From Bispira polyomma (lineage: Eukaryota): a stretch of DNA of 64,000 nucleotides. The stretch spans positions 86,552,001 through 86,616,000 of the forward strand of contig OZ287752.1 of assembly GCA_965649765.1 (NCBI GenBank), written 5' to 3'. This document shows, in pieces, positions 1 through 12,495 of this stretch (its first letter is position 1; each line of letters opens with the position of its first letter). The notes beneath the pieces are model-generated. The model saw nothing but the letters and a program-made list of their open reading frames with translations. It did not search any database and was not told the DNA's origin. A program made the position numbers and the translations under genes.

Positions 1-88
1 GTTACATTTGAATGGATTAATGCTGAAGTTAATATATCTATATGTAGTGACATGAGATATAGTAACTGTACTGGGCAAACACAAAGGA

Positions 89-200
89 AATGAACTTCAT
101 CTATTAGCCAAAAATTAGAATAACACAGATTTGACAAGAACCAATTATTGAATGAACTTCATCTATTAGCCAAAAATTAGAATAACACAGATTTGACAAG
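89..200 (+). repeat. Local tandem duplication, period 62 bp
   Basis: AATGAACTTCATCTATTAGCCAAAAATTAGAATAACACAGATTTGACAAG occurs at 89 and 151, but is single-copy in the paralog at ~10203. Confidence 0.9.
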
Positions 201-1529
201 CAAACATGCACCAATTATTTGATTGTGATACAGGAAAAGACTTTTCATTAATCAGGATATTGCCTAAAAGATGGAACAACATTAATAAAAAACGCTGTAT
301 ATATAATAACACAGATTTGACAAGCCTTCATCATTTTCAAGTACACTTGGAATCTGATGTCACTATTACGTGTAAACAACTACATTTACACTGCAAATCC
401 ATGTAATTTCCTCTAGCCTTAATAAGATGCACATCTTTTTGGGGGCAAGGTTGGCTGTGATGATAAACAGTGATGTCTGCTTTTTTACAGCACAATTCCT
501 GTATTCTAATGGAAGATGAAAATAACAACAGAAAAATAGTAGAAAAATGAAGAGTGCCAAGGGCAGTTAACAGTAAATTAAATAAATATAATGGTATATG
601 AATAATAAAATTAAGACTAAACCAAGGCTCTTTTATTAACGAAAATATTTCTCCCTGATTTACTTTAATCAACTTTAATTTAACCTTAAATCTAGATTTA
701 TTTGTCTTCACATAAATTCCAAGTCAGTCGTGGGCTCCAAATCAATTAAGCATATGTTAAGTAGCAAAGTGGGTGGGCGTTAATGACACTGATCCACATG
801 ATTGATATACCTTACACCTTAATGCTATGGAAACTTCTATAACATCACAGTGAAATGGGTGGCGAGAATTATGCTGTTGCTAACTGCTCTTATTTAAAAT
901 AAGAAAGTTTTTATGACTGTCAACACAAAATAAATAATTTTTCTTTGTAACCAACATATAAAGTTTGTGAGACGAAAAGTTTATTCTAATTTAGCATCAC
1001 CCACGTTTTTTTGGTGACACTGGTTTCTGGGAGTATCAAACACTGTTGGCTGCTAGTTGACAACCTTGGGGGTGAAAAGGTTATCACAAATCTGTGGCTT
1101 CAAATCTGACTTATTTAGGTTTATGTAGGTTTTCTTCACCTAGTCATCATAATAGTTTATATACTAAATATATTGAAAAAAAGCCTGCAAAAATCTAAAT
1201 CTAAATCTCCAAATGACATTTGGCCTTTATAAAATAGTTTTCCATTGTGTAGAGGTTAGGGAGTTGGCCTTGTGATCATAAGGTCCCCGGTTCAACGCTT
1301 ATTTGAAGATCTAAGTACATACCACCTATCTCTAATGTGTTTAAAAGGAGCAACTAAAAACCTTCTGATTAGTAAAATAAGCCTTGCTGTTGTAGCTGTC
1401 TTGCCAATGATATCTCATTACATACATCATGTTTCTTCTGCCTTTGATTGAGAGGCAAGTATTATAATGTATTAGAATACATTAGTTACTTGGATTTCTG
1501 GGGATTCCACTTTATAACATCGAGATGCC

Positions 1530-1830
1530 TCAAGATCTAAAGATCGAAACATCTTTGATTCAAACATGTCCTATGTAAAGCATATTGATAACATTTGTAA
1601 AATATCATTGTATCATGTGCATAACATTCGTCAGATTCGAAAATATTTTACTACAGAGGCTACAGAGGTCCTTGTTCATGCATTTATCACATCAAAACTA
1701 GACAGCCTCAACAGCCTTCTTTATGGTCTTCCCAGCTCCCAAATCAGTTGAATACAACGTGTTCAGAACTGTGCGGCAAAGATCATAACATTGAACCGCA
1801 AATATATGATCATGTGACTCCCATTCTTCT
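1530..1830 (+). mobile_element. Decayed L2/CR1-type LINE ORF2 fragment (post-RT region)
   Basis: ORF 1566-1751 reads ICKISLYHVHNIRQIRKYFTTEATEVLVHAFITSKLDSLNSLLYGLP and continues as IQRVQNCAAKII after a stop. This is typical of the L2-clade ORF2 C-terminal region. Confidence 0.85.
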
Positions 1831-3499
1831 CGTCGATGCCTATGTGGGAAAGGTGGTAGTTTTCTACTGTGGACCGCTGGTTTTAGTGCAGAACCTCCAG
1901 CGTTTTCAACTACCCGTCCCAATATAACCTAAACAGACGTTAAATAACCCAATTTAAAAACCCATTCTTCAGAAGCTTTATTGGTTACCTATATGATTAA
2001 AGACCTATTTATTTAGAAAAGCCTATCGCCAAACCTAGTGCCACTATTGTCTTTATTGACAAATATGTTGTAAGAGTTTGTGTCTTAAGTAAATTGTTAC
2101 CATTTGTAAAGCACCCTTGGAAGAGACATATGAATGTAATTAGTATTATAAGATCCACCTCTCTCTGTGAGTTAAGTGTCTAATTATAAAGGAGTTGGTA
2201 GAATCATAATGGAGTCATATAAGACCTGAAGACAGGCCTTGCGGCAGAAGAGGTATAATAATTACTTGGACTTCCAGGGATAAACCCTTTAGCTCCACTG
2301 TTAAGCATTGGCCTCGTGAGCGGGAGATCCATTGATTGAAACGCAAGCAACGTGTAAAAATTCCATCTTTCTTTACAGTATTGTATTGCAAACCAGTGTC
2401 TAATTGCTTCCAATTTTCAATTAAAATATAAAGTTTCTGATATTTCACCACACCTAATTATATTGTTACTCCATCACATTAGGCTTTGCTTTAAGTGTTT
2501 TTTATTTACATGGTGATTTATTAGTTAGTTTAATTACTTACATTACGGTATCACATGATGAGAATTGCTGAAAATCATGACTTGATATTGTTAACAACTG
2601 CCACAAATGATCATGACTTCTCCCAAAATAACAAATAATTAACTTTGGGATGTTTTCATTACTTTTAGATTAAATTTGTTTGTAGTGAATAATATTCTTT
2701 TAAAAAAGTTCAAATTTCTTCATTTAATTAGCAAGTTTTAATACAGTTTTGATGTTGTGCAGATTGGGTGAAATATGAACTGATGCCTCTTCAAACTAGG
2801 CCTAATAACATCATGAAACCCCTTTGTGTTTGTTTTGTGCATGCTTGACTTTGTAAGCCATTTAAAGTCTTGGAAAAAACTGTATACCAGGGTAGATATA
2901 ACAGTAGTATAGGGTGAGTGATATGCCCACAGACTGCAGTTCTTGAGGCACAGGAAGTGGTATCATTTTGATGTCACTACTCTCATTTGCATACTGAGGC
3001 ATATATTAAAAAGGGTTGGAGCTTTGAGTGAACTATAGAAATTCAACCCTCTTAAGAAACACATAAAGGCCATATTGGCCTAGTTGTTAGAAGTGCTTGC
3101 TAATAATCACTGCTCTCTCACTAATTTGAGTCCAAATCATCTTTGTTCCTTTATTTGGTAAAGTCAGTTACTTTCTGTAGTGAAAGTGAAAAAGCATATT
3201 AGCATAAATATTGTAGTAACAAAGCTAGCTATTATGTTAACAACAATTTTTTTTCAGTTTTGAAGGTATTACATATCTTCAAACAGGAAGTAAGATCTAA
3301 GAGGACTTCTAAAAATTAAAATGGGAATTGTAATTAATTTTCACTTTCCTTGCTTAGAACATTTGCTGTAAAAATCACAATTAGCTCCTATTTTAAAAAG
3401 TTTGCTACTTTATACTTTCTATGGCTGTGTTTTTATCTGTAGTGATCAGATTACAAAACACTCACACATTTTTCCATACAGCATGTAAATCCCAGCCGG

Positions 3500-3552
3500 T
3501 TTGCCTACTTATAATGGTGGGAGACGTTGTCTTTAACCCTGGGACAGTCAAG
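3500..3552 (+). other. Degenerate 2A-like (StopGo) motif relic of a LINE ORF2 N-terminus
   Basis: ORF 3421-3657 contains CLLIMVGDVVFNPGT, resembling LLxxGD(V/I)ExNPGP. The paralog at ~23605 is followed by APE-endonuclease relics. Confidence 0.55.
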
Positions 3553-4334
3553 ATCACAATTGTTATTCACGTTAAAATATCAGCAAAGCTTGGGGTACGT
3601 ATGACGTATCCAAAGCACGGTAAACTCGAGACATGTTTCACAACAAGAAATGACTAGAAACTACAAAAATATGCGTGCCTGCCGATTAGGAGATGTAATC
3701 CTCGTGAGTGTATCAACATTAACTTGAGGAGGATTAATACTTGTTTGTGTATTCAGTTTCTGAGGATGAGATGTAATCAACATTGACTATTGAGGGGGAA
3801 TTACTAGTGTGGCTTAGGCCGTGTGTTTTACAACAATAGGTGTGGCGAGATATAATCTTAATTTCATGATTTTTAAACAAAATTTGATATTGAATAGGTA
3901 CTTCTGGACTTGTCAGCTGCTGTTGACACATTTGATCATGATGTCATTACTGGTCATCTTGAAACTTGGTTTAATCTTGTTAATTCTATTTTGACTAACA
4001 ATATACCAACGATACATGTACAGAATTTAGAGCGTTGATACATTATTACTTTAAAATATTTAAAAAAATTTCAGTTAATATAAAATTCAATAATGTATTG
4101 CGTTGCATCTTGTATTTTTCAAATGCTGTATTAATGTAAGGCATCTCCCGACATCCAACAACAAAATAAATTAACCAATAAACAAGACCCAAACACATGG
4201 CCAAGACTGTGGACTGTGAAAAAGAATGTGTGAGTTTACAGTGAGGGAATTAAGGGTGATAATAGATTTTTGAGATATAGGGTTACAGTTTTTTCTTAAA
4301 CTCAGAAACTGTTTCCAGTGATCTAAGTTCAACA

Positions 4335-4815
4335 GAGATACTACTCCAGAACATAGTATGACATAATTAAGAAACCTCTAGATCCAGCCCTCTTAATAGA
4401 ATGAACAGAGAGGGTCTTTCCCTCCTAAGGTTACTGAATCAAAGATGAGTAGCAAAGTATGAGGTTGAGAGGTGGTTGGTGGAGCTGATGGTAAAGGAGC
4501 ATTTAGGGCAACTGATATAAAGCTATCACAGATTCTGGTAATCTTATCAGTAAAAAAGGTGGTGAAAATGTTCGCCAGTGATTTACTATTGCTGTTTTCA
4601 GGTAGTATAGTCTGTTTTTTCCGGTGTAGGGTGCTGTTTCATTTCTCCCAGAGTTTCTTTGAGTCGCCCTCGCTTTTTGTGATCATGTTGGTGTAGTATA
4701 CACGTTTCGCATCATTGATGGTGTTATTGCACCTGGTGATACATTGGCGTAGTCGCGATCTGTTTGCGGTAATTTTGTTTCGGCGCCATGTCCATTTAGC
4801 TTGTCTACACGGCAT
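4335..4815 (-). mobile_element. Decayed L2/CR1 LINE ORF2 fragment (between APE and RT)
   Basis: Minus-strand ORF 4639-4821 reads NRSRLRQCITRCNNTINDAKRVYYTNMITKSEGDSKKLW, followed by ANIFTTFFTDKITRI-like sequence. Confidence 0.75.
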
Positions 4816-7800
4816 CTTCAACTCCCAGTACCTACCAGTGATCCACTCAGGTGCCTACCAACTTTAGAATTTGTATAACTGAACTGGGGTCATTAATGAT
4901 TACTTTAAAATAATAGTTTGTATACACAGATATTTAGGTTACCGACATCAGTTTGATCTCAATGGCGCCTATAAACAGTCTGTAGATGTCCTGATAAAAA
5001 TGCTCGACATTTAAAAAAAACTACAATAATATAGTTGTTGGTAATTTGTGATAAAATGTATTTGTACTATTTTATTCTCAGTTATACCTGTCCTTTATAC
5101 TTGTCATCATACCACGATAAGATAAGATACTCCCCACTTTGTTCAAGATGTAAGTTTAGTATATCAAAACAAACCAGTAATTACTTCTGTTGTTTACTGA
5201 CATTATTAATGTATATATTGGGGAGGTGTAGGGAGTTTGTGTAATGATAAGAAAGTATCAAGTTCTATTCCTGGTACCAGCCACTAGTTTCATTGGTGGG
5301 ATAAGATCCTTGAGCAGGATATGTACACACGTTTGCCAAATAGCTTGGATTACCACTTAAAATGGTGGTCCTCTGTCACTGGGTTCTATGTCAGGTAGCA
5401 GGCTAAAGTTCCTTTGTGACATTGATAAATTGTCAACCTCAAGTCTCCCTCTTCAGGGGAATGACAGAAACTGATCCAGTTGACTGTTGCAGTCAGGAAA
5501 GGGTTAATTAGCACTCTCAGTACCAGATGATGTTAGATATATGTGCGAGTATAAATTTTATTACAGAATATATAACAATAACTTAATGGTTAACATAATA
5601 TTTGTTTTAAGGCGCATTTTCTAATAATATTTTGAAATTTTTAGTACACAGACCGTGTTATAAACCTTTTCAATAAGGACATGACCAGCTTCGGGGAGTT
5701 TAAATAGGAATACAAATTTGCTAAATCTAATTTTTACATTATAAGCAGCATTAAAGTCGCACTTTATAGATGAACCTGTTTACTATGACAATATTAAAAC
5801 ATCCCTAAACTCTATACGTCTTTATTTACGTGTCAAAACCTTCCAATATGACGTCAAAATGCAAATCTGAAAGCCAAAAAGTATAGAATTGGTACCCAAA
5901 ATTATTAACTCCAAAATCACATTTAGAATGATATTTTATGTCAACGACACTTTTTAGCAACTTTCTGTATGAAATATTGTTTAAAATTGAGACTAAAACT
6001 TGGAAAATCTGGTTAATGCTACAGTTTTTATATGTACTTTCATGGGCGCTAGCAGAACGAGTATTCTGCAGCTAAAGGCTGCTATATTTATACATCGAAA
6101 TAACACATTGCACTGCAACAGAAACAACAACGTATCTGTAATGATTAATAGTTTTTTAAGTATAACTTCTGGATCAAATCCTATTCAAGTACAAACCATA
6201 TATGACAGGTAAGAGTAACATAAATCTATACTACATCTTATTACCTCGACAAAATAATGATTTTGGAATTAATTAAAAGATGATTTCAATTAAGAAACCA
6301 CAATGTCGTAATTTTGGTCATTTTAAAACTGCTATGATTGATGTAATCTAAAATTTTGTGACAACCAGGAATAGGTTTAAAGTTTGAGTTCAAATCTACA
6401 AACAAAGCTATCTCTCCAAAGGTGGTTTCTTACTAAATACTTTTATATAAAGTCAAGGTTCTTCTTTATTTCCCAAACTATGTCCCCCATTTTCACATCA
6501 GACCCTCCTACCCCTTCTCACTCTGTGTGTTTTACCCAGAACCCCCAACTTTAAGACTCCTCGTGGGGATTTCCATCCAATTAACGCTCCAAGCGGAGCT
6601 CATTTCACCAGAACATGGGTTATTGCATGCCTCACATACTTTGCTGGCTGTAATCAAGAGCTTCAAAAGTGGCTGCGACAAAAGACAGAATTTTTTTATA
6701 CTGTCTATCTCATTTTATCACTAAATACCAAGGGAATACCATTTCTCCTTCTTTTTTAGTAATTCTGTAATTCTGCACAAAATAAAGAATTTTTGTTGTC
6801 AAAAAAATGCCCAAATCACCATTATAGCAAATAAGCCAAACTGTCAGAACAAATTAGTAAAGTTTTTTAAAGTTTTAAACAAAAAAGCAGTGCTTATAAA
6901 CCTTTATACTTTAAACAACATTAACAACAACAGAAATCTAATATCTAATTGGGGTTTTAAGAGCATAAAAATCACAGAAATGGTACACATGAAGGTGAAA
7001 CATCAAAGGTTAGAAGATGTGTAATTATTCCGAAATATATTGCAATTACATGTATGTATATATATAGACAGCCAGTAGTAAAATATCATTTTCATTGGTT
7101 GGATTGAGTGTCCAAAAGGATAAAACCAAGGTCAAAATTTTTTTCAATGCGTATACGTTTCAACTTTGTTTTAGATTTGTCTACATTCGGAGCACTTTAT
7201 TGATCTCCGTGAGTATCCATCAGCATAGTGGAGCTGACACGTATATTTTTGAATGTTCGAAACATTTGTGGCAGAAAGCTGGTTTCTGAGGGGTTTTGGT
7301 TAGGAATATGTCTTGTTTAGTTCTTGACTGTTTCTGAGGTTTGTACACAACATGGGAGGCAGAGACGTGAGGGCGAGTGTGTTAATCTACTTGACCACCG
7401 AGGCCTAATATACTTTAGTTGCTTTTAACTTGCCTTCAATAGCTTAGGTCATATTACGGCAACCAGATTTAATTGTGGAAGAAACAAATGGAATGCAACG
7501 TTAAAACCTAAAACTGTTTTCTGTTGTTGCCTCGTGCACACTCTGACCTAACACCATTTTCCCCATTTATGTCTAGGATTGGCTTGGAACATTTTTTGTA
7601 AAATTTATCAGAAGAAAACCCTTTTAACTCTTTATGATATAGATAGACACATCTGGTTACAGAAATACATATAAATATTGTAACAATCTTCTTATGTAAT
7701 GTGTTATTTGTTTTCTATAAACTGCCAACTATCAGACTTGAATTATGGGCATTAGCTGACTCTTAAAGGCCTCGGTGGCCTACTAGGGTTCAGAAGCATC

Positions 7801-7944
7801 TGCTTTACAGTCACTGGCCTTTTAGAAATGCGGGTTTGAATCTTGTTGCTACTGCAGAATAATGATACTATAATGATAAAATTGTTGTGTCTTAAAAATT
7901 AAATCCAATCTAACAAAGATGCCTTATCTCCGTAACAGCGTTTT

Positions 7945-8059
7945 CTGTGATTCATTCCTAGTATATTTTTATTTAGAAAGTTTGACAACAAATACAATAC
8001 ACTGTGATTCATTCCTAGTATATTTTTATTTAGAAAATTTGACAACAAATACAATACAC
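7945..8059 (+). repeat. Local tandem duplication, period 57 bp
   Basis: CTGTGATTCATTCCTAGTATATTTTTATTTAGAAA(G/A)TTTGACAACAAATACAATAC occurs twice in tandem. Confidence 0.9.
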
Positions 8060-8755
8060 AAACATTACACAATTAAACAAAAGAAATAAACACAAAGAAC
8101 AATACAAATTACAACACACACTTAACTGTATGATGAATATCAAAACAGTTTTATATTTCAAAAATAAATTGCTGTATATTTTGCCATATAACTTTCATTT
8201 TTACTTTCTTTATTTGAACATTCATATCTGCTGTACCTTTAATATATATTTTACAGTCCTTTCGAAAGGCCCTTTTGTTATTTATTTTACAATCATACAC
8301 GGTCTTCTTCTTGTATCAATTCAAATAACTAAATTCTCTAATAATATAAATAATCTTTTAAATTTCAAACCATAGCATTATATTCATTCCATTCTTAGTA
8401 TAGATATTAATCAGAAAGATACTTTAAGCTAGGGAGAGAAAGCCACTTTAAAAAAATAGGTTTTTGATTTTCTTCCCAAATGAATCAATTAAAGACATAG
8501 TTTGAGATAACACAAACACAGTTAAGTGCTTCTGAAACAATACTTCTACAATAATAACAAAAAAAGTCCCTGCATATGTAGCTAATAAAATCACATATTG
8601 CATATTGAATAAGATTCAACCTCAATTTGAATGCCTCCATAAAATAGTCATGTAAAACCAATAATTATTGTAAAATGGCGCAATGTGCAGTCTTCTCCAT
8701 ACAGAATTATTTTGTAGCAGATCTTTAACTATTAGTTTTCCTCTATATGTATGTT

Positions 8756-9090
8756 GTCCCTGTGGCCTAGTGATTAGAGTGTCGGACTTAGGATCTGTGA
8801 GTCTTGGTTCGATCCTCACTGCAGGCCTAGAGATTGTACCCTGGACAAGGTACTTCACATAAAGTTGTCCCTCTTTATTCAGGTGTATAAATGTGTACCT
8901 GGCCGCTAATGGGTGTTAGTCTTTGTGCATTGTATGTGGCAGCATGGCAAGTATGCTTCCTGAGGGAGCTAAGATTGAAGAATTGGCTACCAAGGTGAAG
9001 AACCCAGGCTGGGTGTGCGAACTGTAAAGTCAGCTGAAACCTCAATAGAGGTGATATCAGACTATAAACCAAAACACATTTACATTTATC
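8756..9090 (+). mobile_element. tRNA-derived SINE with CORE-like central domain
   Basis: Box A TGGCCTAGTGA and box B GGTTCGATCCT. These are followed by GTACCCTGGACAAGGTACTT...CAGGTGTATAAATGTGTACC and a short ACATTT-repeat tail. Confidence 0.75.
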
Positions 9091-11493
9091 AACATTGTGT
9101 CCTGCGTGGGGAACAGACAGGGCTTCAATGACTTCAATGACAAAGTTCAGACAATAAGGTGGTTGTCCCCAAACTGTATATACTATAATTTTATGCATTT
9201 GCAATTGAGTGAATGGATTATTTCACTGTCAATTTTAGTGTTTATGTAAAAGTTTCTCACTAGATATGTTAGTTGTTCATCCAAGATCTATGTTTCCAAA
9301 AAAAAACCCAACTCAAATCATCAGGCAAATCTTAATTTGAAAGTTACAAAATTCTTGTGAGATTCAACAGAAATTTATAAACGTTTTATTTCATAACTAA
9401 TAGAAGGTAAAATTTTAATTTATTTGAGAAAAGGGCATTTTCTTTTAATTCTGGCCACTGTTCTTAAATTAGACAATGCAATGTTTTTAAATTTTGGTTG
9501 GAGATATAATTTCAAATTCTGTTGTGTTTAAACATTTTCTGTCACAATATAATATCTATATTGCTGCTATAATGGCTTTTGCGACAGAAACCCAACATAC
9601 AAATTATGTTATTTTACTTAACGCCTAAAGATATTTTCACAAGTTTGCCCCCAAATGAATAAACTCAGTTTCACAGTCTCTGGTAAAGGTTTTAAAAATG
9701 TATATTTGGTAGTTTTTTTTATATATTTGCAATATGTATCATTCATAAATATGCATTCTGGACTTCTCGATTGGTTAATTGATTTGGTTGTTAGGCTTTA
9801 GAAGATGCCTTGCATCAATAAGAAGTGTTAAAAATGACAAATACAATCCATTTAATATTTGACATAAATTTTTTTCTCAAGTTTGCCTAGTGGCTCGAAT
9901 GACCAGTTAAAATGACGGTCATCTGTCACTGGGTCCTATCCTCAGTGACAGGCTAAATATTCTTGGGGATGTTCATAGGTTATCCTCTGAAGCCGGTGAA
10001 TGTTACAGCCAGGAAAGGGTTAATTGGTGCTCTGAATACCAGATGAAGGTAGATATATGCAAAGAATAAAAGTATTAATATAAATACAAATACAAACTTT
10101 TAAAGTTTACACTTGAATTGATTAATGCTGAAGTTAAATATCTATATGATGTGACAGATATAGTAACGGTAACTTTTGTAATACTGGGCAAACACAAAGG
10201 AAATTAACGTCATCTATTAGCCAAAAATTAAAATAACACAGAATTTACAAGCACCAATTATTGCATTTTGATACAGGAAAAGACTTGTCATCAATCAGGA
10301 TATTGCCTAAAAGATGAAACAACATTAATAAAAAACGCTGTATATATAATAACACAGATTTGACAAGCCTTCATCATTTTCAAGGACACTTGGAATCTGA
10401 TGTCAATATTACATGTCAACAACTACATTTACACTGCAAATCCATGTCATTTCCTCTAGCATTAATAAGATGCACATCGTTTTGGGGCCAAGGTTGACTG
10501 TGATGATATAGAGTGTTGTCTGCTTTTTACAGCACAATTCCTGCATTCTAATGAAAGATAAAAATGACAGAAAAATATGAGAATAATAAACAGTGCCAAG
10601 CAGTTAACAGTGAATTCAATAAATATAATGGTATAGGAATAATGAATTAAGATAGTACCTCACGCCTACTACCCTTTGTGTATTGTGACTAAGGACAAAA
10701 CTAAGGCTCTTTTATTAACGAATGTATTTCTCCCTGACATTGGTAATTATATTGTCTCTGTAAATCAGACAGGTTATCACAAAGTCTCACTGTGTGTTTT
10801 GTACAGTTTTAGGTTTCACTTTTCACTGGAGGTCAGGTTGTATACATATTGATTTATTTAGTCAGTATAATTACCTACAAACCTTCAACGCCACAAAATA
10901 AATAGTATCACATGTTAGGATGTAATTTTCTTGGATGAAATCTATCTGGGCTGACAGCATAAAGGATCTGCTCGTAAATTGTCATGGTTTCCAAAAATAC
11001 ATAATTAAACTGAGTTAAATCAAGTTTTTAGAAGGAACAGGGTTGCATTGTTTGCCTTTTGGTCTCAGCCTCTCACCCAGGAGGGGCTGGCAGGCCCAAT
11101 TTGCCCGGCCAGCCAAAAGAAAATTGACCATACAAAGCAAACAAGTTTGTTACACATTTGGGTTGTTTATTCATACATAAAAACACATGTTAGTAACTAC
11201 CACCCCTCAAGTTGAGGTTACCTTAATAATGTACCTGCTAAATATGATTACTCCTTAATCCTCCCACTTTAAGGTGGCCTTGACCTCAGCATGTTCTTTT
11301 ACATGTCACACTTAAGGTTGCCTAAAGCTGGGTTAAGGTATTGTTAAAGTGATAGCACCCTTGCATGTTGTTAGTTAAGGTTACCTTTCCCCTGAAGGGC
11401 CTCTACAGTCTATTTGTTATGCTAAACCTAGTTTATTTACACTACTATATAATTTGAAATAATGTATGATATAACTTGCCAAACCCAATGTAG

Positions 11494-12495
11494 TTATTTG
11501 TAGGTGTGTGCTGTGGTTAAGTGAGTGTGGAAGGCAGCTGCTACCAGTCCCGCTGTTTTGGGGGTTTTTACCAAGTAACGCCAGATGGCATCTGAACGCC
11601 AACCGCCATGTACCTTAATATGTTGGAGGTCAACGTGGTGGTCGAAAGCCCATGAAGCAGCCGACCTTCTAAGAGCATGGAAGCCATATTCAGCTGGGAT
11701 GAGGCCTATTTGCTGCACTAAGGCAGAGAAAACTTTACGTACGTGGAAGGCCGTAACCACGACGTGTGTACCTGACTGTGTGTATTGAAAAAGAGGGGTT
11801 TTGTTTGAACAGGGGCTGGGGGGGCAAATATTATGCAGGGCCTGTACTGGGCATAAAGGGGAACCTGGAAGGCTAGGGACCTGGACTACCTGCGCTTGCC
11901 CTGACACCTGCATGTTCTTTGCACACTTAGTTATTATGTGAGCCCCGGGCACCCCCCAAACTACGTCCCGTGGTGTGGGAAACCTTGAGGGGTGATAAAG
12001 AGTCGCTTTAGATGGAACCAAGGTTGCAAGTCTAAAGAACCCAAAGAACCCTAACAGTATGATGGCCTTGTGTACCTTAGCCCCTGGAAACTGGGAGACC
12101 AGGGATATTATCTGGATAAGTTTGTCTACAGAAAGCACTCCTTTTACTTTATATCTGAGGGGTGCATTATGAGACACCGCCTTGATCATGAGATGCACTT
12201 TCCTATGCTTTAGCACCTGCAAGGGGAAGTCGTACATCTGGAAGAAGTGGTTAAGTACAGCTAAGTAGCCTTGTAGTGTCTGTGATCTGAGTCCCTGCTG
12301 GGCCAAGAACTCGAGGAATAGTAAGACTGGATTAAGGTCGTGGGGGACCTGGATTTTAAGGTGAGACAAAAAGGCTATATACAGCCTGAATTTAGATTGG
12401 TAAGCCGAGGAGGTCCGGGGCCTGAAACCTGTAGCGATGCGTGAGTGGACATCTTGCAGCAAGCGTCTGGAAAGGCTGTTACCTACAAGAATCAA
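11494..12495 (-). CDS. Tyrosine recombinase of YR element 1 (probably the spliced 3' exon from 12482)
   Basis: FRPRTSSAY N-terminus; catalytic R in FFGFFRLATLVP; HALRR (H-x-x-R); GGWRSDAIWRY (W...Y nucleophile). The ORF starts at TTG, with no ATG at its 5' end. Confidence 0.93.
   Translation of the reverse strand: MILVGNSLSRRLLQDVHSRIATGFRPRTSSAYQSKFRLYIAFLSHLKIQVPHDLNPVLLFLEFLAQQGLRSQTLQGYLAVLNHFFQMYDFPLQVLKHRKVHLMIKAVSHNAPLRYKVKGVLSVDKLIQIISLVSQFPGAKVHKAIILLGFFGFFRLATLVPSKATLYHPSRFPTPRDVVWGVPGAHIITKCAKNMQVSGQAQVVQVPSLPGSPLCPVQALHNICPPSPCSNKTPLFQYTQSGTHVVVTAFHVRKVFSALVQQIGLIPAEYGFHALRRSAASWAFDHHVDLQHIKVHGGWRSDAIWRYLVKTPKTAGLVAAAFHTHLTTAHTYK

Larger units (their letters stand above)
1..4960 (+). 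repeat. Segmental duplication, copy A (paralogous to ~10105-27135)
   Basis: Collinear diverged anchors: 1<->10105 (GATTAATGCTGAAGTTAA), 690<->17885 (ATCTAGATTTATTTGTCTTCAC), 1325<->20348 (TCTAATGTGTTTAAAA), 2360<->20830 (AATTCCATCTTTCTTTACAG), 3398<->23497 (AAGTTTGCTACTTTATA), 4896<->27082 (TGATTACTTTAAAATAATA). Confidence 0.9.

Noticed and set aside
8756-8830. Functional tRNA genes here and at ~1245, 3075, 7768, 18420, 21945, 34785 and 38430
   Set aside because: A/B boxes are present, but there is no complete cloverleaf and several run into SINE bodies; these are tRNA-derived SINE heads.
206-10100. Short 60-125 aa ORFs as host genes (also the antisense ORFs inside the TEs)
   Set aside because: No domain motifs and low-complexity AT-driven composition; those inside the duplicated block showed no corresponding ORF in the paralogous copy.
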